64,000 nucleotides of DNA from positions 32,001 to 96,000 of the forward strand of contig CAVPGK010000017.1 of the NCBI GenBank assembly GCA_963703955.1, read 5' to 3'. Below the pieces are notes generated by a model, which saw only the letters and a program-made list of their open reading frames with translations, had not been told where the DNA came from and ran no database searches. This document shows, one piece after another, positions 54,197 to 64,000 of this stretch. Source of the DNA: Nitrospirota bacterium (lineage in GTDB: Bacteria > Nitrospirota > Nitrospiria > Nitrospirales > Nitrospiraceae). Position 1 is the stretch's first letter; every line of letters begins with the position of its first letter. The position numbers were made by a program, and so were the translations under genes.

Positions 54197-55507
54197 ATGA
54201 CCTTTTGGTTCATCATCGTGGGGGTCTTGCTAATTGCCATGGCGCTGGCGGATACGGTAGTTCAGCGTCTCCCGCTAACCACGTCAATGGTTTACTTGGC
54301 AGTAGGGCTGGGGCTAGGCCCCCATGGGTTCGGCTTGATCCAGCTAGACCCCCTTACCCACACATCGATCGTTGAACGGCTCACCGAAATAGCCGTCATC
54401 ATCTCCCTCTTTACGGCTGGACTCAAGCTGAGCATTGCCATCGATGATGCGAGATGGTTGGTTCCGATTCGGCTCGCTTTCGGCTCCATGGTGCTGACCG
54501 TCGGACTCATTGCCATCGTTGGGGTTGTCATGGTGGACCTGCCATTTGGAGCGGCCATCCTGTTGGGAGCTATCCTGGCCCCTACCGATCCCGTGCTTGC
54601 CTCCGATGTCCAAGTCCAGCACGCCGAAGACGTAGATCCGCTCCGATTTACGCTGACCAGCGAAGCGGGCCTGAATGACGGCACCGCGTTTCCCTTCGTC
54701 ATGCTTGGTCTGGGACTGCTTGGCCTGCATGAGCTGGGCACGGCTGGCTGGCGCTGGGTCGCAGTCGATCTCATCTGGGCGACGGCGGGCGGCTTCGCCA
54801 TCGGCGGGGTGCTTGGGACGATGGTCGCTCGTTTGATTCTATACTTGCGGAGGGAGCACCAAGAGGCGCTGGGGCGGGATGAGTTTTTGGCGCTAGGCCT
54901 GATTGCCGTGTCCTATGGCATCGCCGTCGCTGTGTCAGCCTATGGCTTTCTGGCCGTTTTTGCAGCAGGGGTCGCCCTTCGGCGCATCGAGCGCGTATCC
55001 AGGCAGACGGCTTCCCCTCCGGTCTTGCTGCCCGTGACCGCAGGCGAACAGGTGACCCAGGGAGAGAAAGCTCCAGCCTATATGGCGCAGGCTGTGCTCA
55101 GCTTCAACGAACAGCTTGAGCGGGTTGGGGAAGTCGCCGTCGTCCTCATTCTTGGCGGCATGCTGTTTCTTCACGACGTCTCGGTGGGGGCACTAGGGTT
55201 GGTGCTGTTGCTGCTCGTCGTCATTCGGCCCCTTGCGGTCATGCTGGGACTCATCGCCACGCCCGCAATAGGCCTTCTGAAACCTCTCATCGCGTGGTTC
55301 GGCATTCGTGGCATCGGATCAATTTATTACTTGATGTATGCGATTGAGCATGGCCTGTCCCGAACGCTCGCCTACCAGTTGACAGAACTCACGCTAACCG
55401 TAGTGGCGGTCTCTATCCTTATCCATGGAATGTCGGTCACGCCGCTCATGAAGCGATATGAAAAACAAATAGGACGTCGTGCGCGGGGAGTTACCTCGCA
55501 GACCTGA
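54197..55507 (+). CDS. CPA1 cation:proton antiporter (NhaP-like)
   Basis: LAPTDPVLA, E.GLNDG, WFGIRG. Confidence 0.92.
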   Translation: MTFWFIIVGVLLIAMALADTVVQRLPLTTSMVYLAVGLGLGPHGFGLIQLDPLTHTSIVERLTEIAVIISLFTAGLKLSIAIDDARWLVPIRLAFGSMVLTVGLIAIVGVVMVDLPFGAAILLGAILAPTDPVLASDVQVQHAEDVDPLRFTLTSEAGLNDGTAFPFVMLGLGLLGLHELGTAGWRWVAVDLIWATAGGFAIGGVLGTMVARLILYLRREHQEALGRDEFLALGLIAVSYGIAVAVSAYGFLAVFAAGVALRRIERVSRQTASPPVLLPVTAGEQVTQGEKAPAYMAQAVLSFNEQLERVGEVAVVLILGGMLFLHDVSVGALGLVLLLLVVIRPLAVMLGLIATPAIGLLKPLIAWFGIRGIGSIYYLMYAIEHGLSRTLAYQLTELTLTVVAVSILIHGMSVTPLMKRYEKQIGRRARGVTSQT

Positions 55508-55778
55508 GGAGGACTCGAATGGTGATCCTCATGGGAAGATGTGCTGGCACGGGACGAGGATGATCTTCTTTCGTTTGGAATGGTATGTTGCTTGAGTGAC
55601 ACGGTCCATCGTTCACGCCCAAACGTCGTCCCAGGTGGGCTGAACGTAAGCTCTTGGCATAACCCTTCGTAGTTGGGCTGTCCGCCGTCGAAGGAGACAC
55701 GATTAGGTTGCCTTGATCTCCTTGTATTGAGCAGGCGAGAATTCGAAAAGTTAGTCTAGACCTACCGTATCATTTCCA

Positions 55779-55822
55779 TTGAGCAATTTTGATCAGTCTC
55801 AATCCCTCCAAAGGCATACAAT
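55779..55822 (+). promoter_or_regulatory. Crp-type box J + -10 (TACAAT) upstream of CsbD
   Basis: TTGAGCAATTTTGATCAG, 20 nt, TACAAT. Confidence 0.8.
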
Positions 55823-55900
55823 GTAGCCTAATCCGTCATTGCCTCCGCACCGTTTCACGAACGCGAATGACGTTATCACCAGGAGGAAGAGGAGGGCAGC

Positions 55901-56122
55901 ATGAACCAGGAACAATTCAAAGGGAGTTGGGACCAGCTTAAAGGAGAGCTCAAGACGCAATGGGGCAAACTGACCGACGATGATCTTCTCCAGGTGGAGG
56001 GCGATCAGGACAAGTTCAACGGCGCCATCCATAAGCGGTACGGCGAAATGAAGGAATTAGTCAGCCAGTGGGTCGATCGGTGGCATGAACGAGACCGACA
56101 TTCGAAAAAAACGACACTGTGA
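55901..56122 (+). CDS. CsbD-family protein
   Basis: FKGSW.QLKG.LK.QWGKLTDDDL. Confidence 0.88.
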   Translation: MNQEQFKGSWDQLKGELKTQWGKLTDDDLLQVEGDQDKFNGAIHKRYGEMKELVSQWVDRWHERDRHSKKTTL

Positions 56123-56461
56123 CCACTTGGAACCCGTCGATGTGGTAAGTCGGCACATATGAAACGGCAGATCTCTCTCGGTTCACATCAGGAGGCCTGA
56201 CCGTGGAACCCGCTATAAGACAAGCATCTCCGTGGACGTTGGTGAGTGAGTACTGCGAAGGAGATGGCTTCCAAGAGAAACTGGACGTGCCAGACTGGCC
56301 GACCAAACTCGGAAGATGATTTTCTACCTGACCTGTGCGACAGCGATCTGGTTCTTCTATTTGTCAAACGGGATGTAGTGTCTCCATGTTGATTCTCATC
56401 GCACATCATCCACGGTTGTTGTTTCACATCCGAGTCTAGCTAATCACGCAAAAGGAGACCT

Positions 56462-56833
56462 ATGCCGAAGCCAAAGCATCACATCATCGTCTGCACCAAC
56501 GTTCGGCCACTCGGCCATCCGAAACCGTCATGCGGAGCGGCAGGGGCGCCGGAGATTCTGATGGCCTTCAACATGGGCCTCATGGAGCGAGGATACCAAC
56601 CGGGGCAGATACTCATAACTGGTTCTGCATGTTTGGGACCGTGCGAGCAGGGACCAACGGTTGTCGTGTACCCCGATGCCACCTGGTATTCACAGGTCAA
56701 AGAGGCGGACGTTGCCGCGATCTTAGATGAGCATATCGGCCAAGGTCAGCCCGTTGAGCGGCTCAAACCCAATTCCGTGTGGAGCAGTACAGCTACGTCT
56801 GGCCTGCATATACCTGATCCTATTGGGAGGTGA
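56462..56833 (+). CDS. Thioredoxin-like [2Fe-2S] ferredoxin
   Basis: VCTN.R..GHP..SC, CLGPC..GP.VVVYP...WY. Confidence 0.9.
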   Translation: MPKPKHHIIVCTNVRPLGHPKPSCGAAGAPEILMAFNMGLMERGYQPGQILITGSACLGPCEQGPTVVVYPDATWYSQVKEADVAAILDEHIGQGQPVERLKPNSVWSSTATSGLHIPDPIGR

Positions 56834-57050
56834 AATCCTTCGCTTTTATCTTACCTGGAGGACGACCATGACGTCGGAAGAAGCCATATGCTCGTCGAGT
56901 ACGTGACAATGGTTGCCGATGGCTCCCAGTTATTTATCCGTACTCGCCGTTCTGCCTAAAGCGCCTTCTCAAGCAAGCCTCTATGATAGGCTAGGATTCT
57001 GTTCGGCAAGGAAATTCACAGTAACGACCTATGGGGTTTAGGAAAACGGC

Positions 57051-57356
57051 ATGTCACTCGAACGATCATCGCAGTTACCCGGAGGATTTCAGATCACCCA
57101 CCGGCGATTGGGCATTTTTCAGGGCACGGCAGCGGGACTGGCCTGTTGGCATCCTTCCACTGGGGTACCTGAATACGGCCTCTGTCGGTTCTCCACGGAG
57201 GAGAAGGCGCAAGCCTACATTGATTTTCTCTGTTCGCCGGCTCGCGCGGAAGCACTGGATCCAAATGATCTGCTTATTGAGCCATTCGACCGGATGCTGC
57301 ATGAGCGTTTACTCAGCGACCATCCGGTTCCTGCAGCGTGGGAACTTCCTCAGTGA
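57051..57356 (+). CDS. Hypothetical protein
   Basis: AGGA SD; 101-aa ORF. Confidence 0.5.
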   Translation: MSLERSSQLPGGFQITHRRLGIFQGTAAGLACWHPSTGVPEYGLCRFSTEEKAQAYIDFLCSPARAEALDPNDLLIEPFDRMLHERLLSDHPVPAAWELPQ

Positions 57357-57477
57357 GCCGCCTCTCAGGGCCGACGGCGGAACCGCTTTTTCTCTAAAGC
57401 GCTTTGCGTCCGAAGCGTCCGGAACGGTAGAAAACAGCCTGTCTATGGGAAGAGCCGTGAATGCCATAAATCCTGTG

Positions 57478-57681
57478 ATGGAAGGGATGATTTTAAGCAT
57501 CATGGTTAAGCTCAATCGACAGGCAAAAGAGGAAGACAACAAAGAGAAGACTCATATTGCAGAAATTCTGGCGATGCTTGCTGGGGCGATTCAGGAGGGT
57601 CAGCTTCAGTCGTTTGCAAAGCAAGTGCCCGCCTGGGGCAAAACGAACCTCAAGAACTGGAAGAAGATAGAAAAGGGTTAG
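57478..57681 (+). CDS. Hypothetical protein (start uncertain)
   Basis: Protein-like C-terminal part of ORF 57031-57681. Confidence 0.4.
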   Translation: MEGMILSIMVKLNRQAKEEDNKEKTHIAEILAMLAGAIQEGQLQSFAKQVPAWGKTNLKNWKKIEKG

Positions 57682-57743
57682 TCGTCATGGGAGAGCTTTG
57701 TGACGGATCAGGGTTGAGGCTAGATCTCCTTGGAGAAGATTGG

Positions 57744-58199
57744 CTACCAAAACAGTACGAAACGCTGGGGCATGATTCCATTTCCCGTGATCACGTACTC
57801 GTTCCCGTCCTGCTGCTGGACAATACCTTCTACCGTTTGGAAGCGAGGCGAGGTGTTGGCCGAGGGCGAAGCCGGCTTACCTGTGCCGCGTGTGATGAAG
57901 GTAGCATAGGCACTTGAAGGCGGGCCATCGAATCGTGCCACTACGGTATCCCCGACCACGATATTGTCTCTCACGGTATTGCTGTCGAAAAGGACGCGCC
58001 TTTGTCGTCCGGATAGTTCCCTGATGACATAGGCGTTACCTTCGTTCCGTACGACCTGACCCTCGATTACTGGCGATTGGGACTGAAATACTGGTCGCAT
58101 AGGCTCGGTCGTGGAGAAAGGGGGGCTATCTGCCGCGCAACCCATTAACCCAACGATCAACAGGGCGGCCAGTGCAAAGTGTGTCATAGGTTGGTTCAT
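57744..58199 (-). CDS. Putative lipoprotein with repeated beta modules (EG.V....GN.YVI)
   Basis: Lipobox LMGC; AAGGAG SD. Confidence 0.65.
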   Translation of the reverse strand: MNQPMTHFALAALLIVGLMGCAADSPPFSTTEPMRPVFQSQSPVIEGQVVRNEGNAYVIRELSGRQRRVLFDSNTVRDNIVVGDTVVARFDGPPSSAYATFITRGTGKPASPSANTSPRFQTVEGIVQQQDGNEYVITGNGIMPQRFVLFW

Positions 58200-58349
58200 G
58201 ACATTGCTCCTTTTCCTCGAGTCGTCCTTTCAGTGTCAGTGCTCAACTTAGATGCATCAGGACGATTCAGCGTCGACACCACTTAATGGGGGAAGCACGT
58301 AAGGGGGAGGCTAATCTGGGAAGGCCTCCCCTCTCGCGTCAACAGGGCG

Positions 58350-58679
58350 CTACTGCTTGGGCATGCGAGTCGCCTCAGTGACCGGCGGCTCAATCTTGAT
58401 GTTCGGCCCTTCAACCGTCGGCAGTTGGCCGGCTCCCTGCGGCTTCACCAGCCTGGCATTATTGGGATCCACCAGTGTCTGGCCCGTGTGCGCATCCTCT
58501 GACGTCGCAGCTGCCCTGAGGGATTGCTCAAGGGTCAGATTCTTTTGCCCGCTATCGTTGGCATACTCTCCGCCCGACGGATACCCGGGATGCTTGGGCA
58601 GCATCGAGGGATTCGCGGAGGCGAGAGAAGCAGCCCCTACCAGCACGAGCCCTGTCATCACCATCGTATAGAGTTTCAT
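58350..58679 (-). CDS. Small exported protein (ANP.MLPKHPGYP)
   Basis: Signal peptide; AAGGAG SD; hairpin at 58303-58331 downstream. Confidence 0.7.
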   Translation of the reverse strand: MKLYTMVMTGLVLVGAASLASANPSMLPKHPGYPSGGEYANDSGQKNLTLEQSLRAAATSEDAHTGQTLVDPNNARLVKPQGAGQLPTVEGPNIKIEPPVTEATRMPKQ

Positions 58680-58941
58680 GACCTGCACTCCTTTCATTGA
58701 GAACACCATTACCTCCTCGCCATGGACGATCCCAACCCAGGCTAGTACGTAAAGTCCCACTGAGAGCTCTGGTCCGATGTCGCGCCAAACCTGCGTCTTA
58801 CCTCCTTCTTTCCTGTTCAGACTCAGACCGTAGTGGGTGTCCTGAATTGCCATCTCTCATCACCGGTGGAGGATCTTGACTCCGGCGTTGCTTCAACCAG
58901 AGACAGTGTCACTTTCGCGTCCCCTTGCAGTGGAGACCGCC

Positions 58942-59142
58942 CTACTGCACCAGCGAAACACCGTATCGAGGACGACCCTGGCTCCGCGTCGGTATGTGGA
59001 GACCTTTCCGATTCGCGTCAATTACCGAATCGATCACCTCACCACACAGCAGGCATTGCCAGCCGGAGAAGCAGAGTGTCGAGCTTCCCGCATCCTCCAA
59101 CCGGATGGTCACCATCAGACCCTGACAACGAAGGCAGTTCAT
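58942..59142 (-). CDS. Small zinc-ribbon protein, member 4
   Basis: MNCLRCQGLMV...WQCLLCGEVID; closest to 11-235. Confidence 0.75.
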   Translation of the reverse strand: MNCLRCQGLMVTIRLEDAGSSTLCFSGWQCLLCGEVIDSVIDANRKGLHIPTRSQGRPRYGVSLVQ

Positions 59143-60023
59143 GAGTTGACCTCTGGGGCTCACAACACAGCTTAAGGTTTCGGCACGCCCTAACCGACGC
59201 CTACACCGTCCACGAAGCATGGCAGACGGCCAGGGACCCCGCCAATTTGAGACCCGTCCTCCGAGACACGAACGGCGCCGTTCTGCTGTGCAAAAGCGAT
59301 AAAATCAGTGCTGAAGTCTGGCGTTGGAGCGGCGGAGACTGGAGATCGGTCGCGCTAGGAAGGACCGGGAAACGCGAGGGATAGGACAGCCAGCGTGGCT
59401 GAAACGTCTCTGATGTATATTGCGCGTGAAGGGGCAGCTTAGTCAAGCGGTATTAATCGGGGCTGTGATAGCAGGTGTTGTCGCACTATTCTTATTTATG
59501 CAACCTTCGCTGGACCCATGCCCACCTTTCTATTCTCGGAGAGCCATTTTCTGTGAGGCTCTTGGCAATTCAAACCGCATGGTTCGCAAATTGTTCAGTT
59601 CGGGGACCTTGGTCAAGACCCGAAGCATTGCTCAGCTTTTCTGTAACCAGTTCCAACATCGTTTACTCACTCACTGACCAAATGGAAGTATGGTGACTCA
59701 CAATCTCGGTTTAATCTCGGTTCCCGCACATCGGCCATTAGCACGCCCTGCATTAATCCTGGTCCGATTCCGTATGGCATTGGTGGCTTCCCTCCTTGAT
59801 GTCGGCCCGACGAGCCAGGCCCCCCGCTCACGTATTCACCACCACCTTGCGACCCGCGCTGTTGCGAAAGTCGAGCTGAGGATAGCAAGATCTTGCGCTG
59901 AGGCGCCTTGTTTGGACCTGGCCAACTCCTGCACACACGATGTCCGGTTGATGTCTTCCGGTGGGTCATGCGGCCTTCACCAGCAGGTCAATGGTAAAGC
60001 TGAGAAGTCGTTCCGTAGTCTGA

Positions 60024-60215
60024 GGTCGCGCAGTGGAGATCCAGGCGAGTGGAAAAGATGTCGAGTTGGGCGACAAGCTCGTCAAGGGCGCCGATGTCAT
60101 GCGAGATAGTAGAGACATCTATTTGTCGTGGGCGCGCCATTATGTCGCGCTATCTGAGGGCAAACCCGAAGCGGCTGAAGATGAAGATGAGGATGAGGTC
60201 GAGTTCGGCGTGTGA
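60024..60215 (+). pseudogene. 3' duplicate fragment of 46938-47204
   Basis: Near-identical DNA with one extra 6-bp ED repeat. Confidence 0.8.
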
Positions 60216-60992
60216 ATGTTTACTGTCGTCGAGAATATGGGCCCCCGTCTCAGGTCCGTTAACATTTCTAGGGGTCGATCCGGGTCAGGGGTGGGATTGG
60301 GAACTGGCGCAGGATTCGGATTGGGAAGTGGAGGTCCGGGAAATGGATTCGGATCGGGTGGAAGCGGAGGCGGCTCGGGCTGGGGACTCGGCTCTAAGAG
60401 AGGGGAGACAATGTGAAACATGCTCAGCTCGCTCTTAATGTTGCAGGGCGGTCGCGAGGTGATCGGACGTATCCGATAACTGAAAATGTTTCGCACTGAG
60501 CCGGAACCAGGTGTTCATGTTGACTCACCATCCGACAGAAGGGCGTCAACCTCGGCTTCGCTACACGTCAGACCCTCGACTCCACGTCTAGGTGAGCGGG
60601 AGCCTGCACGTTTGAGCGATTTGTTGAACAGATGGTCTTTAGGTTGTTCTGCTTCCGCTTCAGAGCTGATTGCCATCATTGGTTCTCCTTTCGTCGGTTA
60701 CTGGAGGAACAGGTAACTCTGCTCTCGTGAGCCGGCCACGGCGGCCACTCTGCAATGGCGAGTCGATCGCCAGACACGTACATGGCAGTTTTTTCGTTTC
60801 GTTCTACTGTGGGAGCCGAGGAAAAAGGAGAAGTTGAAGGCGAAATTGGGATTTCAACGACCCTTCATCGGAGCGCTTTACCCACGATGGGAAGACATAA
60901 CCACACATAGCAGGAAGTCAACGGCGGAATACGCAGTTTTATCGATCAATATATCGCTTGACGGCCCCGCTCTTTGCGCCTAGCATCCATCT

Positions 60993-61076
60993 ATGACGTG
61001 TTAAGCCCCGCTGGCTGTCCTGTCCTTCGCGCTTTCTGATTCTTCCTGCGCGACCGATTTCCCAGCCCCGCCGCTT
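60993..61076 (+). ncRNA. Structured 5'-leader motif copy 6 (ATG ACG TGT TAA)
   Basis: TTGACG-17-TAGCAT-6-ATG; AAGC/GCTT, GGCTG/CAGCC, TCGCGC/GCGCGA. Confidence 0.7.
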
Positions 61077-61164
61077 CTACGCCATGGTTGCTTTGTAACG
61101 TCCATCTGTGTCGAAGACCTTTCTCGTCTCGTTGCCATTCGGCTGAGTTGTGGAGGGCTCTCAC

Positions 61165-61359
61165 ATGCTCAACGTTGAGTTGCAGGTGATCGGCATCCTC
61201 ATCACGTTGGCCTTTCTGGGGCTCATGAGTTTTATCTTGTGGTTCGTCAAACCAGGTGTGCCCATCGAGATATGGCGGAATCAAAGTGTTATCGGATTCT
61301 CGCACAATGACGGCCCCTACAAGACGATTAGGAACTGGTGTAGGTTGTGGAGGAGCTAG
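61165..61359 (+). CDS. Small single-pass membrane protein
   Basis: GGAGG SD; hydrophobic segment; follows leader copy 6. Confidence 0.55.
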   Translation: MLNVELQVIGILITLAFLGLMSFILWFVKPGVPIEIWRNQSVIGFSHNDGPYKTIRNWCRLWRS

Positions 61360-61545
61360 GATCCCGGGCGAACGGGCACTGCGCGTGGTCTGAAGATTGT
61401 TGAGGTCCCGCATGGTGGGAGATCGAGAAGTCTTGCGGAGTGCGGGCATGTAGGCGAGGTCGATCGCACCTGGGGCTGAACAACCGAGAGCGATAAGGCA
61501 AGAACGTTACACGAATGTGCAGGACGGCGGTTTGGACAGTCACGC

Positions 61546-61893
61546 TTGATGCGGTCATCAGACTTACAGGAGCGGAATGGTGAACGAGAGAGCATTCTTT
61601 CGCATGAGACAGCCGCGCGCAATAGTTACGTGTTGGTGGCGTGTCTCTTGATCTCGTTGTTTACGTCGGGCTGTACCGGGAACGACACCACGCGAGGCTG
61701 GACGGGCCGTGATCGAGATGAATTGGTCAAGACGTGGGGCGCTCCATCACAGGAAACAACGCTCCCAGATGGCGGCACGCGCGTGCTCTATAGCAACATT
61801 TGGACTAACGGGTACGGGCGATATACCTGCCGGCGCGAGTTTGCGACCGATCCCCAAGGAATCATCCGATCAGCGTCGTCTTCTGAATGTTAA
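61546..61893 (+). CDS. Putative lipoprotein (start uncertain)
   Basis: Lipobox-like TSGC, W.G...DELV..WGAP. Confidence 0.55.
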   Translation: MMRSSDLQERNGERESILSHETAARNSYVLVACLLISLFTSGCTGNDTTRGWTGRDRDELVKTWGAPSQETTLPDGGTRVLYSNIWTNGYGRYTCRREFATDPQGIIRSASSSEC

Positions 61894-62027
61894 CAACGTT
61901 CAGAGAACCAGGACACGTGCCGCCCTTGCAGTTCTTCTTAGGCACTCGTATCCGTCCGGCAGGCTCACCTTGGAAGAAGACCGATCCCAATCACCAGCCA
62001 GCACTCCATTGGTTGCTGTGGGTCCTC

Positions 62028-62537
62028 CTAACTTTGAAAGCGGCGGAGCTGCGCCGCCAGCATGGCGGCGACTTGCGTCAGCTCGAAAGGCCACGCATAG
62101 CGAACATCGATGTGAGGATGTTTAGCGCGCAGTCGCTCCAGGCTCTCCGGGATCTCGATTTCCGAGTGACTGCCGCCGGGCGTCAGCATCGAAGGCACTA
62201 CCGTAATGGTCGTCAAGCCGGTTGCGATCATCTGTTCGACCGCCTCGTCCACCGTGGGCGAGCAGAATTCGTTATAGGCAATGGCAAAGGCGGCGCCGTT
62301 CAAGGCCGGCTTGAGTTGGGCTGCGAGGGCTTCCAGCCCGGCTTGGTAGGGGTCCGTGTGAGGAGTTCTCGGCCACCGGCGAAGGTGGGTTTCAAGTTCG
62401 ATCTCTTCCGGAGTCGGCTCAGCGCGCGTCGCTCGACGGTTGCCCTCGAGCGCTTTCAGCTTCATGAGCAGTTCCCGAGGGTAATCCTTGGGAACCCCGC
62501 CATGGCCCACCAACACCACTCCGTGCTTCTGATTCAT
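62028..62537 (-). CDS. CbiX/SirB-like chelatase domain protein
   Basis: VLVGHG, AYNEFCSPT, VVP.ML..GG.HSE.EIP. Confidence 0.85.
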   Translation of the reverse strand: MNQKHGVVLVGHGGVPKDYPRELLMKLKALEGNRRATRAEPTPEEIELETHLRRWPRTPHTDPYQAGLEALAAQLKPALNGAAFAIAYNEFCSPTVDEAVEQMIATGLTTITVVPSMLTPGGSHSEIEIPESLERLRAKHPHIDVRYAWPFELTQVAAMLAAQLRRFQS

Positions 62538-62560
62538 ACTTCCTGATGACTTCTCGCTGT

Positions 62561-63337
62561 TTAGATGGCGAACTCCGCCCAGACGAACGTGTGATCCGAT
62601 GCACTCGGCGCTTTGCGTGGTTCGATGTCCACCTCCACCTGTGTACACTTCTCTGCGAGAGGGGGAGTAGCCATAATGTGGTCGATTCGCCAGCCCTTGT
62701 TCTTTTCCAGAGAGCTGGGCCGAAGATAGTCCCAAAAGGTAAATTGTTGCCGGTCCGGATAGAGCTTCCGGAAGACGTCCACAAACCCCCAGGCGACGGT
62801 CTCTTTATAGGCTCGACGGACGTCTTCATGAAAACAGACGTGTGTCAGATGTTTTTCAGGGCTGTGCACGTCGATCGGGTCGGGCGCCACGTTCATGTCG
62901 CCACACCAGACTGCCGGTCGTTCCGGAGAGAGATGTTTGGAGAAATACTGCCGCAAGCGGGTATACCACCCCAACTTGTATGCGTACTTCGGCGAGTCGA
63001 TTTTGAACCCGTTCGGGACGTACGTATTGATGATCGGAAGCCCTCGTATGATGACCCGCATCAGACGCGCATCATCGATCTCGGCTTCTCCGTCATCGAA
63101 CCCATAGTACACCGCGTCGGGGGGCACGCGTGTCAGGACCGCCACGCCGTTATAGGACTTCATGCCGCGAAATGAAACATGATAACCGGTGGTTGCCAGC
63201 GCGAGACCGGGAAACAGCTCGTCTTGGACCTTGGTTTCCTGGAGGCAGAGGACATCGGGCTGGTGCTGCTCAAGCCAGCGCGAGACGATTGGTAAGCGCA
63301 TGCGGATGGAATTTACATTAAATGTGGCGATTTTCAT
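62561..63337 (-). CDS. xth: Exodeoxyribonuclease III
   Basis: TFNVNS, LQETK, GDMNVA, GWRIDH, SDH. Confidence 0.96.
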   Translation of the reverse strand: MKIATFNVNSIRMRLPIVSRWLEQHQPDVLCLQETKVQDELFPGLALATTGYHVSFRGMKSYNGVAVLTRVPPDAVYYGFDDGEAEIDDARLMRVIIRGLPIINTYVPNGFKIDSPKYAYKLGWYTRLRQYFSKHLSPERPAVWCGDMNVAPDPIDVHSPEKHLTHVCFHEDVRRAYKETVAWGFVDVFRKLYPDRQQFTFWDYLRPSSLEKNKGWRIDHIMATPPLAEKCTQVEVDIEPRKAPSASDHTFVWAEFAI

Positions 63338-63443
63338 CGAAGCAATGGATGAGTATGGGGCGGATTATAACAGAGGGCTGAATCGAGAAGACAGGCGCTT
63401 CGGGAATTCAGCGTGTGGGCATAGGCATTATCGGTGGCGCAGG

Positions 63444-64000
63444 TCACCGCAACGTTCGGACAAGCATTTGCATTTCGTCCATGGCCGTGGCCACGGCCGC
63501 CACGACACCGTGAACAGAGGTGGTCGCTTGGTTAAAGAGCAGAACATGTCTGTCCTTGTCCACCACGCTCCCCCCGGCTTCTTCAACCAATAAGACCCCG
63601 GCTGCAATATCCCACTCGTTCAACCGATCCAGATTCAAGGTCCCATCGGCTTGACCGGCGGCGACCATGGCCAGCGTGTAGGCGATGGATCCCATCGGCC
63701 GGCAATCAGCGATTGCCTCGAGGCGTTGAAATGCCCCCCGCGCGAATGCAGGTGGACTGACCAGAACGACCGGGCGCTTGCCGTCTCCTCGATCAGCTCG
63801 GATGGGCTTGCCGTTGAGCCATGCGCCCGATCCGCGAACCGCTGAAAACATCTCCTGACTCACTGGATTGTAGACGACCGCGACCACGGGCTTGCCCTTC
63901 TCGACGAGGGCGACCGAGATCGAATATTGAGGGATGCCCTTCATGAAATATTTTGTCCCGTCAATCGGGTCCACGATCCAGACCCGCTCCTTCAGAATTC
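63444..64000 (-). CDS. CysQ/inositol monophosphatase family protein (5' end outside window)
   Basis: WIVDPIDGT and WDIAAG..L..EAGG. Confidence 0.9.
   Translation of the reverse strand, partial: ILKERVWIVDPIDGTKYFMKGIPQYSISVALVEKGKPVVAVVYNPVSQEMFSAVRGSGAWLNGKPIRADRGDGKRPVVLVSPPAFARGAFQRLEAIADCRPMGSIAYTLAMVAAGQADGTLNLDRLNEWDIAAGVLLVEEAGGSVVDKDRHVLLFNQATTSVHGVVAAVATAMDEMQMLVRTLR

Noticed and set aside
59625..59640. Additional box half-site ATTGCTCAG
   Set aside because: Second half-site absent

Overview
GC-rich bacterial window, most likely Nitrospira/Nitrospiraceae (inferred from five-subunit-type 2-oxoacid:ferredoxin oxidoreductase subunits and several small-protein families I associate with that lineage). 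About 1-61.9 kb is a rearranged accessory mosaic. It holds stress and envelope genes (3 CsbD, 2 SPFH, PsiE-like, DUF4383, cyclic beta-1,2-glucan synthase, YihY, Kup, CPA1 antiporter), an oxidoreductase alpha/beta/beta cluster with IscA/IscU, a ferredoxin, a radical SAM enzyme, a Crp/Fnr regulator, and a type I R-M locus with TA cassettes. The right end (62-64 kb) is housekeeping: CbiX-like, xth, CysQ/IMPase. Three patterns stand out. (1) Ten copies of an 18-bp near-palindrome (CTGAGCAAwwTTGAyCAG) sit 20-21 nt before a -10 hexamer, i.e. centred near -41.5. This suggests a class II Crp-type regulon with a non-canonical box. (2) Six copies (plus degenerate ones) of a covarying three-stem RNA hairpin open with a 3-codon ORF that begins at the predicted transcription start. 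(3) Duplicated hsdM 5' stubs each lead into a TA cassette. Many large genes carry single-base frameshifts that look like long-read errors. No CRISPR array, tRNA/rRNA, transposase or integrase was recognised. All family assignments are by eye, without database searches.
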